Positions 35,303-43,881 of a stretch of DNA of 64,000 nucleotides are shown piece after piece. The position numbers and the translations under genes are program-made. How positions within the stretch are numbered: position 1 is the stretch's first letter; each line of letters begins with the position of its first letter. Source of the stretch: Gemmatimonadales bacterium (GTDB taxonomy: Bacteria > Gemmatimonadota > Gemmatimonadetes > Gemmatimonadales > GWC2-71-9); NCBI GenBank assembly GCA_037916975.1, contig JBAIWX010000007.1, positions 41-64,040 of the forward strand, in the 5' to 3' direction. The notes under the pieces are model-generated. The model ran no database searches, was not told the origin of the DNA, and saw only the letters and a list, made by a program, of their open reading frames with translations.

Positions 35303-35919
35303 TGCAGCTCGATCCGGGGTCGATGCTCGCCGCGCTGCTGCGCCTCGTCGGGGCGGGCGGCTTCCTGGTCGTGGTCGCCGGCGTGCTCGGCGCGTCCGCG
35401 GTGGCGGCGTGGGCGCTCGTCCGCCGCCGGCGGCCGGTCGCGCGGCTCGCGGCGGGCGTGGCGGGCGTGCTCGTGGCGCTCTGGGGGCTCGCGCTCCTGC
35501 TGGGCCCCGCCGTGCTCGGCGGGCGCCTCCTCGCGCCGGGCGACGAACTCGCGTTCTGCGGTCTCGACTGCGACCTCCACGTCGCGGTGACGGGCGTGCG
35601 GCGCGACAGCGAGCTGGTCGTCACGGTGCGGGCGCGGAGCGACGCGAAGCGCGTCACGCAGGACCCGAGCCTGCTGCGGCTGCGCGTGCGCGACGCCGCG
35701 TCGCGGCGCTGGGACGCCGAGCCGCCGGGGCTCGTGCGGCCGCTCGGGCCGGGGGAGAGCTACGAGCAGGAGCTGCGCTTCCGGGTGCCCGCGGAGGCGA
35801 GTGGCCTCGTGCTCGTGGGCGGGTGGCGCGACTGGGCGGGCTACCTGGTCCCGGGGCCGGACCACCCGGCGGTGCAGGAACGCACGGGCGTGCCGCTCGA
35901 GCGGCGCGGCCCGTCGTGA
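35299..35919 (+). CDS. Membrane-anchored hypothetical protein
   Basis: ATGATG at 35299 overlaps the uppS stop. Two N-terminal TM segments, then a soluble domain (ELAFCGLDCDLHVAVTG...). No family recognised. Confidence 0.5.
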   Translation: MMQLDPGSMLAALLRLVGAGGFLVVVAGVLGASAVAAWALVRRRRPVARLAAGVAGVLVALWGLALLLGPAVLGGRLLAPGDELAFCGLDCDLHVAVTGVRRDSELVVTVRARSDAKRVTQDPSLLRLRVRDAASRRWDAEPPGLVRPLGPGESYEQELRFRVPAEASGLVLVGGWRDWAGYLVPGPDHPAVQERTGVPLERRGPS

Positions 35920-36032
35920 GCGCGCCCGCGGGGACGTGGCGCGCGGTCGACTCGGGAAGCTGGTGCGGGCTCCTTGCGTCGCGATGGCGGCGCTGGTGGC
36001 GCCGCCGCAAGCGGGAGCGGAAGGAGCAGGGC

Positions 36033-36935
36033 GTGGAACGTCGTCGGGGACCTCGGGTGATCCTGCCGCCGGAGCGCGAGTCGCGCGAGGGTGGCCATGG
36101 GCTGCGGCTCGACCGCCGGGCGTGGCTCACGATGGTGGGGGCGGGGAGCGCCGCGGCGCTTGGCGGCTGCGCGTGGGCCTTCGGTCCCGAGGCCGCGGAC
36201 GTCGAGCTCACGCGCCACGTGATCGGGGTGCCGTCGCTTGCCCCGGCGCTCGAGGGGCTGCGCGTGGCGCTGGTCACCGACGTGCACCTGCCGGCCAACG
36301 GCCCGGCGGCGCGCCACGCGCTCGCGCTCCTCGCCCGCGAGCGGCCCGAGGTGGTCGTGCTCACCGGCGACATGGTGGAGCGGCCGGCGGGTCTCGGCGA
36401 CCTGAAGGAGTTCGCGGCGGCGGCGCGCGGCAGCATGGCCACCTTCGCGACGCTCGGCAACTGGGAGCGGGTCGGCGGGATCGCGCCGACGACGCTCGAC
36501 GCACTCTACCGCGACGCGGGGGTGACGCTGCTCGTCAACGCGCGGGCGCTCGTCGGGGCGGGTGGAGCGCGGCTCGCGATCGGCGGGCTCGACGATCCCG
36601 TGCGCGGGGCGCCCGATGCCGGCCCGATCCTCCGGGACGGCCGCTCCGCCGACGCCGAGTTCTGGCTGGTGCACGCGCCCGGCTACGTGGACCGCCTCCC
36701 GCCGGGCGCGCGGGGGCACGTCGCGGCGGTGCTCGCGGGGCACACGCACGGCGGGCAGATCCGCCTGCCGTTCGTGCCGCCGATGCTGCCGGCGTGCTCG
36801 GGCGGTTACGTGGCGGGGTGGTATCGCGAGGCGCCGCTGCCCCTGTACGTGTCGCGCGGGGTGGGCACGACCCAGGTCCGCGCGCGGTTCCGCTGCCCGC
36901 CGGAGGTGGCGCTCTTCACGCTCCGGAGGGCATAG
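36033..36935 (+). CDS. Metallophosphoesterase with Tat-like signal
   Basis: GTG 36033 with AAGGAG 6 nt upstream. LDRRAWLTMVGAGSAAALGGCAWA. VTDVHL, LTGDMV, GNWE, GHTHGG phosphoesterase motifs. Confidence 0.8.
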   Translation: MERRRGPRVILPPERESREGGHGLRLDRRAWLTMVGAGSAAALGGCAWAFGPEAADVELTRHVIGVPSLAPALEGLRVALVTDVHLPANGPAARHALALLARERPEVVVLTGDMVERPAGLGDLKEFAAAARGSMATFATLGNWERVGGIAPTTLDALYRDAGVTLLVNARALVGAGGARLAIGGLDDPVRGAPDAGPILRDGRSADAEFWLVHAPGYVDRLPPGARGHVAAVLAGHTHGGQIRLPFVPPMLPACSGGYVAGWYREAPLPLYVSRGVGTTQVRARFRCPPEVALFTLRRA

Positions 36936-36957
36936 CGCGGGGCGGCGGCGGCCGCCG

Positions 36958-37290
36958 TCAGTACACGCGCCCGCCGAGCGGCACCTCGCGCTCGGCGGCG
37001 AGCAGCACCACGCGTCCCTCCGCGTCGGGCAGGCCGAGGACGAGCACCTGCGACTCGAACCCGGCCACCTTGCGACTCCCGAGGTTCACTGCCGCCACGA
37101 CCAGCCGTCCGACCAGCTCCTCGGCGCGGTAGAGCGCCGTGAGCTGCGCGCTCGAGGTGCGCTCGCCGAGGGGGCCGAAGTCGATCCACAGCTTGTAGGC
37201 CGGCTTCCGTGCCTTCTCGTTCACCTCGCAGCGCAGGACGCGCCCCACGCGGAGGTCGAGCAGTTCGAAGGCCTCGATCGGCGTGGTCAT
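36958..37290 (-). CDS. tRNA-binding (EMAP/CsaA-like) protein
   Basis: 110 aa from ATG 37290. LDLRVGRVLRCEVNEKARKPAYKLWIDFG...VAAVNLGSRKVAGFESQ. Confidence 0.85.
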   Translation of the reverse strand: MTTPIEAFELLDLRVGRVLRCEVNEKARKPAYKLWIDFGPLGERTSSAQLTALYRAEELVGRLVVAAVNLGSRKVAGFESQVLVLGLPDAEGRVVLLAAEREVPLGGRVY

Positions 37291-38111
37291 GCGAGCAGCT
37301 CGCCCCGCAGGATGGTGATCGCGCGCCCGCCCAGCAGGACGCGGTCGCCCGCGCGGCGCACGCGGATGGTGCCGCCGCGGCGCGAGGCCTGCACGCCCGT
37401 CAGCGTGTCGCGCCCGAGGCGCTCGCCCCAGAGCGGGGCGAGCGCGCAGTGCGCCGAGCCGGTGACCGGGTCCTCGGGGACGCCGGACTGCGGCGCGAAG
37501 AACCGGGAGACGAAGTCCACCCCGGCGGCGTCGCCGGGCGCCGTGACGATCACGCCGCGCACCGGCAACCGGGCCACGAGTCGCAGGTCGGGCGCGACGG
37601 CGCGCACCGCGGCGGCCTCGCCCAACTCGGCGATGAGGTCGAAGCGCGAGCGCCAGCAGCGTGCGGGGGCCGTCCCGAGTGCCGCGGCGAGTGCGGCGGC
37701 GGCATCGGGGGCGGGGACGGGCGGCGTGGCGGGAAAGTCGAGCTCGATGAACTCCCCGGCGCGCGTCGCCGAGAGCGGGCCGCTCCGCGTCTCGAAGCGG
37801 GCGGGCCGGCCGGGGTCGAGGCGGCCGGCGTCCCAGAGCACGTGCGCGGCGGCGAGCGTGGCGTGCCCGCAGAGGTCCACCTCGACGCTCGGGGTGAACC
37901 AGCGGAGGCCGAACGCCTCGCCCCGTGGCACGACGAAGGCCGTCTCCGCCAGGTTCATCTCGGTGGCGACCGCCTGCATCCACGCGGCGTCGCGAGGGGC
38001 GTCGAGGAGGCAGACGGCGGCGGGGTTCCCCGCGAACGGGGCGTCGGCGAAGGCGTCCACCGTGCAGAGGGGCACCGGCGTCACGGTGCCCCCGCGTCGT
38101 TCGGTGCCCAT
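37287..38111 (-). CDS. PhzF family isomerase
   Basis: 274 aa from ATG 38111. VDAFADAPFAGNPAAV...EMNLAETAFV...DLCGHATLAAAH...EDPVTGSAHCALAP. Confidence 0.85.
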   Translation of the reverse strand: MGTERRGGTVTPVPLCTVDAFADAPFAGNPAAVCLLDAPRDAAWMQAVATEMNLAETAFVVPRGEAFGLRWFTPSVEVDLCGHATLAAAHVLWDAGRLDPGRPARFETRSGPLSATRAGEFIELDFPATPPVPAPDAAAALAAALGTAPARCWRSRFDLIAELGEAAAVRAVAPDLRLVARLPVRGVIVTAPGDAAGVDFVSRFFAPQSGVPEDPVTGSAHCALAPLWGERLGRDTLTGVQASRRGGTIRVRRAGDRVLLGGRAITILRGELLA

Positions 38112-38179
38112 CGGGGGTTGTACGAGTCCTGCCGGCGCTCCATCGCTCCTCCTCGGGGCGGACGCCGGCAAATCTAGCG

Positions 38180-40156
38180 TCAGGCGGTCGCGAGGGCGGT
38201 GGCCTGGATGAGGCGGCGGACGGTGTTGGCGAGGTCGCCGAGCTCGAACGGCTTGCGGAGGAAGGCGTCCGGCGCGACGCCGCCGGCCTCGGGCTGCAGC
38301 TCGCGGAGCGTGCTGCCCGAGACGAGCACGACGGGGAGTCCCGGGGCCCGGCGCTTGAGCTCGCCGAGGAGGGTCCAGCCCGACATGCGCGGCATGCGGT
38401 GGTCCACCACGGCGACGCGCACCTCGGCGGCGTGGCGCGCGTGGAGCTCGAGCCCCTCCTCGCCGTCGCCCGCCTCGAGGACGCGGAAACCGCAGTGCTC
38501 GAGTGCCTGCCGGAGCGGGCGGCGCACGTCGGGATCGTCGTCCACGAGGAGGATCGTCCCCTCGGCGGGGGTGCCCGGGGTGGGCTCGGCCGGCGCGGGC
38601 GCCGCGGCCGCACGGGGCAGGTAGAGGCTCACGATCGTGCCGCCGCCCGGCGTCGCGCCGAGCGTGAGGTGGGCGCCCTGCTGTGCGAGGAGCGCCGGCG
38701 CCCCGGCGAGGTCGGCGAGCGCCACGGCCCCGGCGCCCCGGGGCCAGTGACCGCCGACACCTTCGTCCTCGGCGGCCCCGGTGTCGGCGACGTCGAGCCG
38801 GACGAAGTCGCGCGGGCTCCCGCCCACGGCCTGCGTGACGCGTGCGGTGCGGAGCGCCAGCGTGCCGCCCTGGGCCATCGCGTCGCGCGCGCGCAGGGCG
38901 AAGGCGAGCACGAGGTCCACCACCTGCTCGGGATCCACGAGCACGCTCCACCCGCGGTGCTCGAGGCGCGTGACGAGGCGGATGGCGGCGGGCAGCTCGC
39001 GCGCCAGCTGCCGCTCCACGTCCTGCGCGAGGACGACCGGGTCCACCACGCGCCGCTCCGCGGGCTCGGGATGCGTCAGCTGCCGGAGCCGGCGCACGAG
39101 GCGCGCCGCGTTGCGGACGCCCACCTGCGCGTGCTCGAGCTCGGCGACGGCGGTCGCCTCCCCCTCGGCGAGGCGGCGCGCCGTCTCGATGCCGCCGCCG
39201 ATCGCGGCGAGCGCGTTGTTGAGGTCGTTGGCCGCCTCGTCCACGACGGAGGCGAACGCCGCGGCGAGCGGGCTCGTGGGGGCCGGGCGGGCCTCGCGCA
39301 CCACGGCGATCCAGTGGGCGCGCACCTCCGCGGCCGGGACGTGCGCGAGCGACACCTCGCACGGGAACTCGCGGCCGTCCGGGAGGCGGCCCCAGCAGCC
39401 GACGACGTGCCGGATGCCGCGGCGGGCCGCGTCTCGCAGCTGCGCCGCGACCGGCCCCGGCGTGGCGGCGGCTCCGCTGCGGAGCAGGCGGTCCACCGGC
39501 ATCCCCGGCAGGGCCGCCTCGCCGAGGCCGAAGAGCGCGCCGGCGGCCGGGTTCGCCGCGACGACGGTGCCGTCGGCGTCCACCACGAGGGTGGCGTCCG
39601 GAAGCCAGGGAAGGACGATGGCGTGCGGGGGAGTGCTCGGGCCGACGGGGGCGCGTGGCGCCGCGGGAACGGCGGCGGGTGGCGGCGCGGGCTCCGGCAC
39701 CCGACGCGCCGCGTCCGCCTCGATCGGCTCGAGGTCGCGCCAGCGGAACCGCGCGAGGTCGCCCGCGGTCGGCGCCGGGGCCGAGGGCTGCACGCGGAGC
39801 TCGAGGGCAGCGAGGCGGGCCCGGATGGTGCTGGGCCGCTGCGGGCCGACGAGCACGTCGTCGGCGCCCGCCTTGAGCGCGGCGATCAGCTCCCCGCCCA
39901 GTGGCGTCGGCAGGAGGACGACCAGGATGGGGCGCGGCGTGCCCTGCCGCCGGCGCGCGCGGCGGCAGGCCTCGAAGGCGTCGTTCCCCTCGGCGAGGCG
40001 CTCCACGATGACGAGCGGCGCGCCACCCGCCTCGAGCTGCGGCAGCAGCTCCTCGAGCACGGGGGCCACGCGCCGGACGCGGTGGCCGCGCTCGGCGAGG
40101 ATGCCCTCCCATTCGCGGAGCCGCTCGGGGCTCCGGACCGCGACGACGACGTCCAT
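38180..40156 (-). CDS. Hybrid pseudo-receiver / PAS / degenerate histidine-kinase core / receiver protein
   Basis: 658 aa. The C-terminal REC is canonical (LLVDDDPDV...VAVVDHRMP...VLVSGS...KPF). The H-box position reads AANDLNNAL (Asn where His is expected). The N-box reads ALRARDAM. There are no G1/G2 boxes. The N-terminal REC-like domain has Glu at the phospho-Asp position (LVIVERL). Confidence 0.8.
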   Translation of the reverse strand: MDVVVAVRSPERLREWEGILAERGHRVRRVAPVLEELLPQLEAGGAPLVIVERLAEGNDAFEACRRARRRQGTPRPILVVLLPTPLGGELIAALKAGADDVLVGPQRPSTIRARLAALELRVQPSAPAPTAGDLARFRWRDLEPIEADAARRVPEPAPPPAAVPAAPRAPVGPSTPPHAIVLPWLPDATLVVDADGTVVAANPAAGALFGLGEAALPGMPVDRLLRSGAAATPGPVAAQLRDAARRGIRHVVGCWGRLPDGREFPCEVSLAHVPAAEVRAHWIAVVREARPAPTSPLAAAFASVVDEAANDLNNALAAIGGGIETARRLAEGEATAVAELEHAQVGVRNAARLVRRLRQLTHPEPAERRVVDPVVLAQDVERQLARELPAAIRLVTRLEHRGWSVLVDPEQVVDLVLAFALRARDAMAQGGTLALRTARVTQAVGGSPRDFVRLDVADTGAAEDEGVGGHWPRGAGAVALADLAGAPALLAQQGAHLTLGATPGGGTIVSLYLPRAAAAPAPAEPTPGTPAEGTILLVDDDPDVRRPLRQALEHCGFRVLEAGDGEEGLELHARHAAEVRVAVVDHRMPRMSGWTLLGELKRRAPGLPVVLVSGSTLRELQPEAGGVAPDAFLRKPFELGDLANTVRRLIQATALATA

Positions 40157-40163
40157 CGCCGGG

Positions 40164-40694
40164 TCAGCCCGGCGGGACCTGTCGGGCGCTCGCGAACGCC
40201 AGGTCCACCTGCGCCTGGCGGCTGGCGACGTCGTGGATGGTCGCGTCGGGGTTGTAGCTGTCGGGGGCCGGTGCGCCGGGCGCGCCCGCGGCGATGAGGC
40301 CGCTGACGTCCGCCACGCGGGCCTCGAGGTCGGCGAGCAGCGCCGTCACGCCGGCGAGCTGCTGCGCGATGATGTCCTGGAACTGCAGGCACTCGTAGAG
40401 CGAGTTCACCTCGCCGCGCAGGTGGTCGAACGCGTCGGGGCCGGCGTCGCCGCGCTCGAGGGCATCGATGTGGGCGAGCGTGCGGTCGAGGCCGTCGAGC
40501 AGCCGCAGCGTCGCCGACTCGCTCGTGGCGCTGATCTCGTGCAGGCGCGCGTGCGAGTCGCGCAGCCGGTCGGTGTCCACGGCCTGCACGGCGGCCCGGC
40601 CCTGCCGGAGGTTGCGCCGCAGCTCCGCGAGCTCGGCGGCCACCTGGGCGAGCAGGCGCTCGGTGGCGCCCGGCTCCTCTGGTCCTGCGGTCAC
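40164..40694 (-). CDS. CheZ-like phosphatase
   Basis: 176 aa helical protein. LQFQDIIAQQL matches the CheZ catalytic FQDLTGQ (Asp/Gln) motif. The C-terminal RQAQVDLAF resembles the CheY-binding tail. Confidence 0.5.
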   Translation of the reverse strand: MTAGPEEPGATERLLAQVAAELAELRRNLRQGRAAVQAVDTDRLRDSHARLHEISATSESATLRLLDGLDRTLAHIDALERGDAGPDAFDHLRGEVNSLYECLQFQDIIAQQLAGVTALLADLEARVADVSGLIAAGAPGAPAPDSYNPDATIHDVASRQAQVDLAFASARQVPPG

Positions 40695-40753
40695 GTCCGT
40701 CCCTCCCTGGTCGGCGTGCCGGGTCGGGGCGCCGGTGGCGCCCCGGACGGCGC

Positions 40754-41071
40754 TTACTCGAGACCGAGGTCCTTGCGGGCCCGCTGGCCGATGGTGTCCA
40801 GCACTTCGGGCCGGTCGTAGAAGCCGCCCTGCACGCGGTCGAGCACGGTGCGCAGGCGCTCGGCGGAGAGGCCCGAGGCCGTGCCGGCGGGCGTGCCGCC
40901 CGCGATGCGGCGCGACTCCTCGGAGAGCTCCACGCTGTCGCGGGCCCCCTCCTTCGCCTCCTCGGCGCGGGTCGACGCCGTGTCGCGCGCCGCCTGGGCG
41001 CCGTGGGCGTGGCCGAGCCGCGTGGCATCCGCGGCGGGCATCGAGCCGGACTTCATGGGATCAACGGTCAT
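40754..41071 (-). CDS. flgM: Anti-sigma-28 factor FlgM
   Basis: 105 aa. DSVELSEES, then ERLRTVLDRVQGGFYDRPEVLDTIGQRA (the G-x-Y C-terminal sigma-28-binding helices). Confidence 0.7.
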   Translation of the reverse strand: MTVDPMKSGSMPAADATRLGHAHGAQAARDTASTRAEEAKEGARDSVELSEESRRIAGGTPAGTASGLSAERLRTVLDRVQGGFYDRPEVLDTIGQRARKDLGLE

Positions 41072-41077
41072 GGCGTC

Positions 41078-41521
41078 TCACCTCTCGGGCGACTGGGCCG
41101 CGGCGGCGTCCTGGCCGGGCTGGCCGGACACCGGCGGCTGGTCGGCCGTCCCCAGTGCAAGGACATCGAGCCCCGCGAAGAACTGCGCGAAGCGATCCAC
41201 GGTGCGCCCCTCGCCCGCATCGGCCGATCCGCGCGCGGGGTCGGCCTTCCGGCGGCTGGCCTCGGTGCGCGGCTCCGAGCTCTGCACGAGCTTGCGCAAC
41301 TCGGCCGGGCTCAGGTGCAACTCCACGTCGCCGGGATTGGCGCCCATGGCGCTCGCGAGCGCGCGGGCCTCGGACGAGAGGCTCACCACGTCGCTGCCCG
41401 CAGGCTCGGCCCGGGCCTCCAGCGGTACGGCCGGCGCCGCCTCCGCGCGGGCCCGCCGGGCGCCCCCGGCGGGTTCGGGGAACGCGGGGGTTCCCGACGG
41501 TCCAACGGCTCGAACTGACAT
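41078..41521 (-). CDS. Hypothetical flagellar-locus protein with FlgM-like N-terminal motif
   Basis: 147 aa. GAGGGA 9 nt upstream of ATG 41521. DVVSLSSEARALA motif. First gene downstream of a strong sigma-28 promoter. Confidence 0.5.
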   Translation of the reverse strand: MSVRAVGPSGTPAFPEPAGGARRARAEAAPAVPLEARAEPAGSDVVSLSSEARALASAMGANPGDVELHLSPAELRKLVQSSEPRTEASRRKADPARGSADAGEGRTVDRFAQFFAGLDVLALGTADQPPVSGQPGQDAAAAQSPER

Positions 41522-41635
41522 GTGCTCGGTCCCTCATTCCCGGTGCGCCGGACCCCCGGCGACCGGGGCGAAGTCGAGCCCTTCCTTAGGCTTGCGCGCG
41601 CCGGTCCCATGGCGCGGTTTCCCACTCAACAGGAA

Positions 41636-41663
41636 GTATCGGCAGGAGGGGACGGATCTTTAG
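41636..41663 (-). promoter_or_regulatory. Sigma-28 (FliA) class promoter
   Basis: The minus strand reads CTAAAG ATCCGTCCCCTCCT GCCGATAC, i.e. TAAA-N15-GCCGATAC, against the enteric consensus TAAA-N15-GCCGATAA. Confidence 0.6.
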
Positions 41664-41679
41664 GGTCGGCCCAGGGGGG

Positions 41680-42093
41680 TCAGGCGTGCCGGTCGACCAG
41701 GGCAGGTTCGGGGGCGAGGTGGCCGGCCCGCGCCACGGCGGCGAGCTCGGCGGCCACGGCATCCCGCCGGGCGGCGATCCGGGCGGCCAGCGCGGTGGCG
41801 TCGGCGACCGCCGCGGCGGCCTCGTCGCGGCAGCCGGCGAGGGCCTCGTGGGTGGCGGTGTCGGACGAGCGGATCGCGGCCGGTCCCCCGGCCTCGCGGA
41901 GGGCGAACGCGATGGGCAGGGCCGCCGCCTCCAGGGCGCGGTGCACCACCCCGGCCGCGGTGAGGCGGTCGTCGAGCGCCTCGGCGTCGCCGGCATCGAG
42001 CGCGACGCGCGCCCCGTCCAGCTCGCGGCGGTAGTCCGCCCAGCGCGTGCGCTGCTCGGCGAGGAGGTGCGCGAGGGCCCAGGGATGCGGCAT
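41680..42093 (-). CDS. Hypothetical helical protein, possible FlgN/FliT-type flagellar chaperone
   Basis: 137 aa from ATG 42093, immediately after fliS. All-helical Ala/Glu/Arg-rich sequence (LLAEQRTRWADYRRELDGARVALDAGDAEAL). The call is based on position only. Confidence 0.35.
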   Translation of the reverse strand: MPHPWALAHLLAEQRTRWADYRRELDGARVALDAGDAEALDDRLTAAGVVHRALEAAALPIAFALREAGGPAAIRSSDTATHEALAGCRDEAAAAVADATALAARIAARRDAVAAELAAVARAGHLAPEPALVDRHA

Positions 42094-42101
42094 GCGGGGG
42101 C

Positions 42102-42494
42102 TCAGGAGGCGGCGGCCACGGGGGCCTGCACCTGCGCCGAGGCCTTCACCCACGCCTCGTGGAGCTCGCTCACGCAGCGGTACACGCGGTCGAGGCGTGC
42201 GGGCGCTGGGGTCCGCATCTGGTCGAGGAGCTCGTCCATGAAGGTCTGGTAGAGCGCGCCGAGCTGCAGCGCGAGCTCGCCGCCCTGCTCGAAGTCGAGG
42301 GCGCCGAGGAGCTCGTCGAGCCCGGCGTGGGCGCGGCCGAGCTGGTGGATGCGCGCCATCGCGTCGTTCGCGTCCATCGCCTGCCGCGCGAGGCGCAGGC
42401 TGCTGAGCACGTGGATGTACACCATCGCGATCAGCTTCGCGGGGGAGGCGCTCGCGACCTCGAGGTCGCGGTACCGGCCGGCCTGCGGCGTCAT
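42102..42494 (-). CDS. fliS: Flagellar export chaperone FliS
   Basis: 130 aa from ATG 42494. SPAKLIAMVYIHVLSSLRLA...AHAGLDELLGALDFEQGGELALQLGALYQF-type FliS pattern. Confidence 0.85.
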   Translation of the reverse strand: MTPQAGRYRDLEVASASPAKLIAMVYIHVLSSLRLARQAMDANDAMARIHQLGRAHAGLDELLGALDFEQGGELALQLGALYQTFMDELLDQMRTPAPARLDRVYRCVSELHEAWVKASAQVQAPVAAAS

Positions 42495-42496
42495 GG

Positions 42497-43849
42497 CTAC
42501 CCCTTGAGCGTGGAGAGCTGCGAGAGCGACCCGGTGCTCTGCCCCTGGAGGCGGCTGAGCGCGGATTCCATCCGGGCGAACTGGAGGTTGAGCTGGGAGC
42601 GGCGCTGCGCGAGGCGGGCGTCCACGCGCGCGATCCGCTCGTTGAGCGAGTCGATGCGGGCGCGCAGCTGCGTCTCGCGCGTCGCGATGCTGCCGGTCCC
42701 GACGCGGACGAGGTCGTCGGCGAGGCTCGCAAAGGCGGCGCCGCGGTCGGCGGCCATGGCGGTCACGTCGTCGCGGTGCGCGGCGTAGGCGTCGTCGAAC
42801 TTGGCCGCGTTGAACGTCATCCGGCCCTCGCTCGTCAGGCTCACGCCGACGGCGGCGAGGGTCTGGGTGTCCACCCCGACGCTCGTCACCCGCGCGAGCA
42901 CCGTGTTGGACAGCGAGAAGCGGGTGCTGCGGAGCAGGGTGTCGCCGTAGAGCGGGGCCTGGACCCCGTTCACCGGCTGGGCCTGCTGCCCCTTCATGTA
43001 GTCCACGATCCCGTTGTACGCGTCCACGAAGGCCTGCATCGCGTCGCGCGCCGCCTTCGGGTCGGCCGCGATGCGCAGGGTCGCCGTCGTGCCCTGCTCC
43101 TCCGCGAGGAGGTTCAGGGTGACGCCGGGGATCGCGTCGGTGATCGTGTTGGAGCTCCGGGTCACGTCCACCCCGTCCACCCGGATCTTCGCGTCCTGGC
43201 CGGCGGTCGTGAGCAGGTCGAGTTCCCCCGCGCCGAGCACGCCATCGGGGCTCCCGTCGGCGAGGGTGAGCGAGGCGGCGCCGGTCGTCGAGGCCTTGAG
43301 GACGAGGGCGTAGTGCGTCCCGTCGGTCGAGATGACCGACGCGCGCACCTTCGTCGGGGAGGTCCCGGTGTCGAGGGCGTTGATCGCGTCGCGCACGGCG
43401 TTGAGCGAGTCGCCCGCGGCGACGGTGACGGTCTGGCCGTTGACGGTGAACGTGCCGGTGAAGCCGAGGGCCGCGCCCGGGTCGGTGACGGTCGCCTGCG
43501 AGCGGGCGACGCCGGCGCGCGCGCGCTGGACGACCTCGACCTCGTAGTCGCCGGGCTTGGCGAGCAGGCCGGTGGTCGCGCTGAAGAGCGGGCTGCCCGC
43601 GGACGTGGTGCCGGTGACGGTCGCGGCGAGCGCGCCGAGGCCGGAGCCGTCCTTGAGCTTCGTGGCGGCGGTGTTGAGCGCGCCGACCAGGGTGCGGTAC
43701 TTCCCCCACTGGTCGAGCTGGTCCTGCACCTTCGAGACGGTCGCCTCGTCCCGCGCGGCGGGGGCCCGCTCCTGGGCGATGATGGCATCCACGAGCTTCT
43801 TCGTGTCGATGCCGCTCGAGAGGCCGCTGAAGGAGGTGAGCGGGTCCAT
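42497..43849 (-). CDS. fliD: Flagellar filament cap protein FliD
   Basis: 450 aa. MDPLTSFSGLSSGIDTKKLVDAII N-terminus and C-terminal QLNLQFARMESALSRLQGQ heptads. Confidence 0.9.
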   Translation of the reverse strand: MDPLTSFSGLSSGIDTKKLVDAIIAQERAPAARDEATVSKVQDQLDQWGKYRTLVGALNTAATKLKDGSGLGALAATVTGTTSAGSPLFSATTGLLAKPGDYEVEVVQRARAGVARSQATVTDPGAALGFTGTFTVNGQTVTVAAGDSLNAVRDAINALDTGTSPTKVRASVISTDGTHYALVLKASTTGAASLTLADGSPDGVLGAGELDLLTTAGQDAKIRVDGVDVTRSSNTITDAIPGVTLNLLAEEQGTTATLRIAADPKAARDAMQAFVDAYNGIVDYMKGQQAQPVNGVQAPLYGDTLLRSTRFSLSNTVLARVTSVGVDTQTLAAVGVSLTSEGRMTFNAAKFDDAYAAHRDDVTAMAADRGAAFASLADDLVRVGTGSIATRETQLRARIDSLNERIARVDARLAQRRSQLNLQFARMESALSRLQGQSTGSLSQLSTLKG

Positions 43850-43881
43850 GGGGCGTCAGGGGTCGGGGAGGGGCGGTGGCG

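Noticed and set aside
38180-40156. Calling this ORF an active sensor histidine kinase
   Set aside because: By my alignment the H-box His, N-box Asn and G boxes are missing, so I annotate it as a degenerate kinase-like scaffold with one functional receiver (see the finding).
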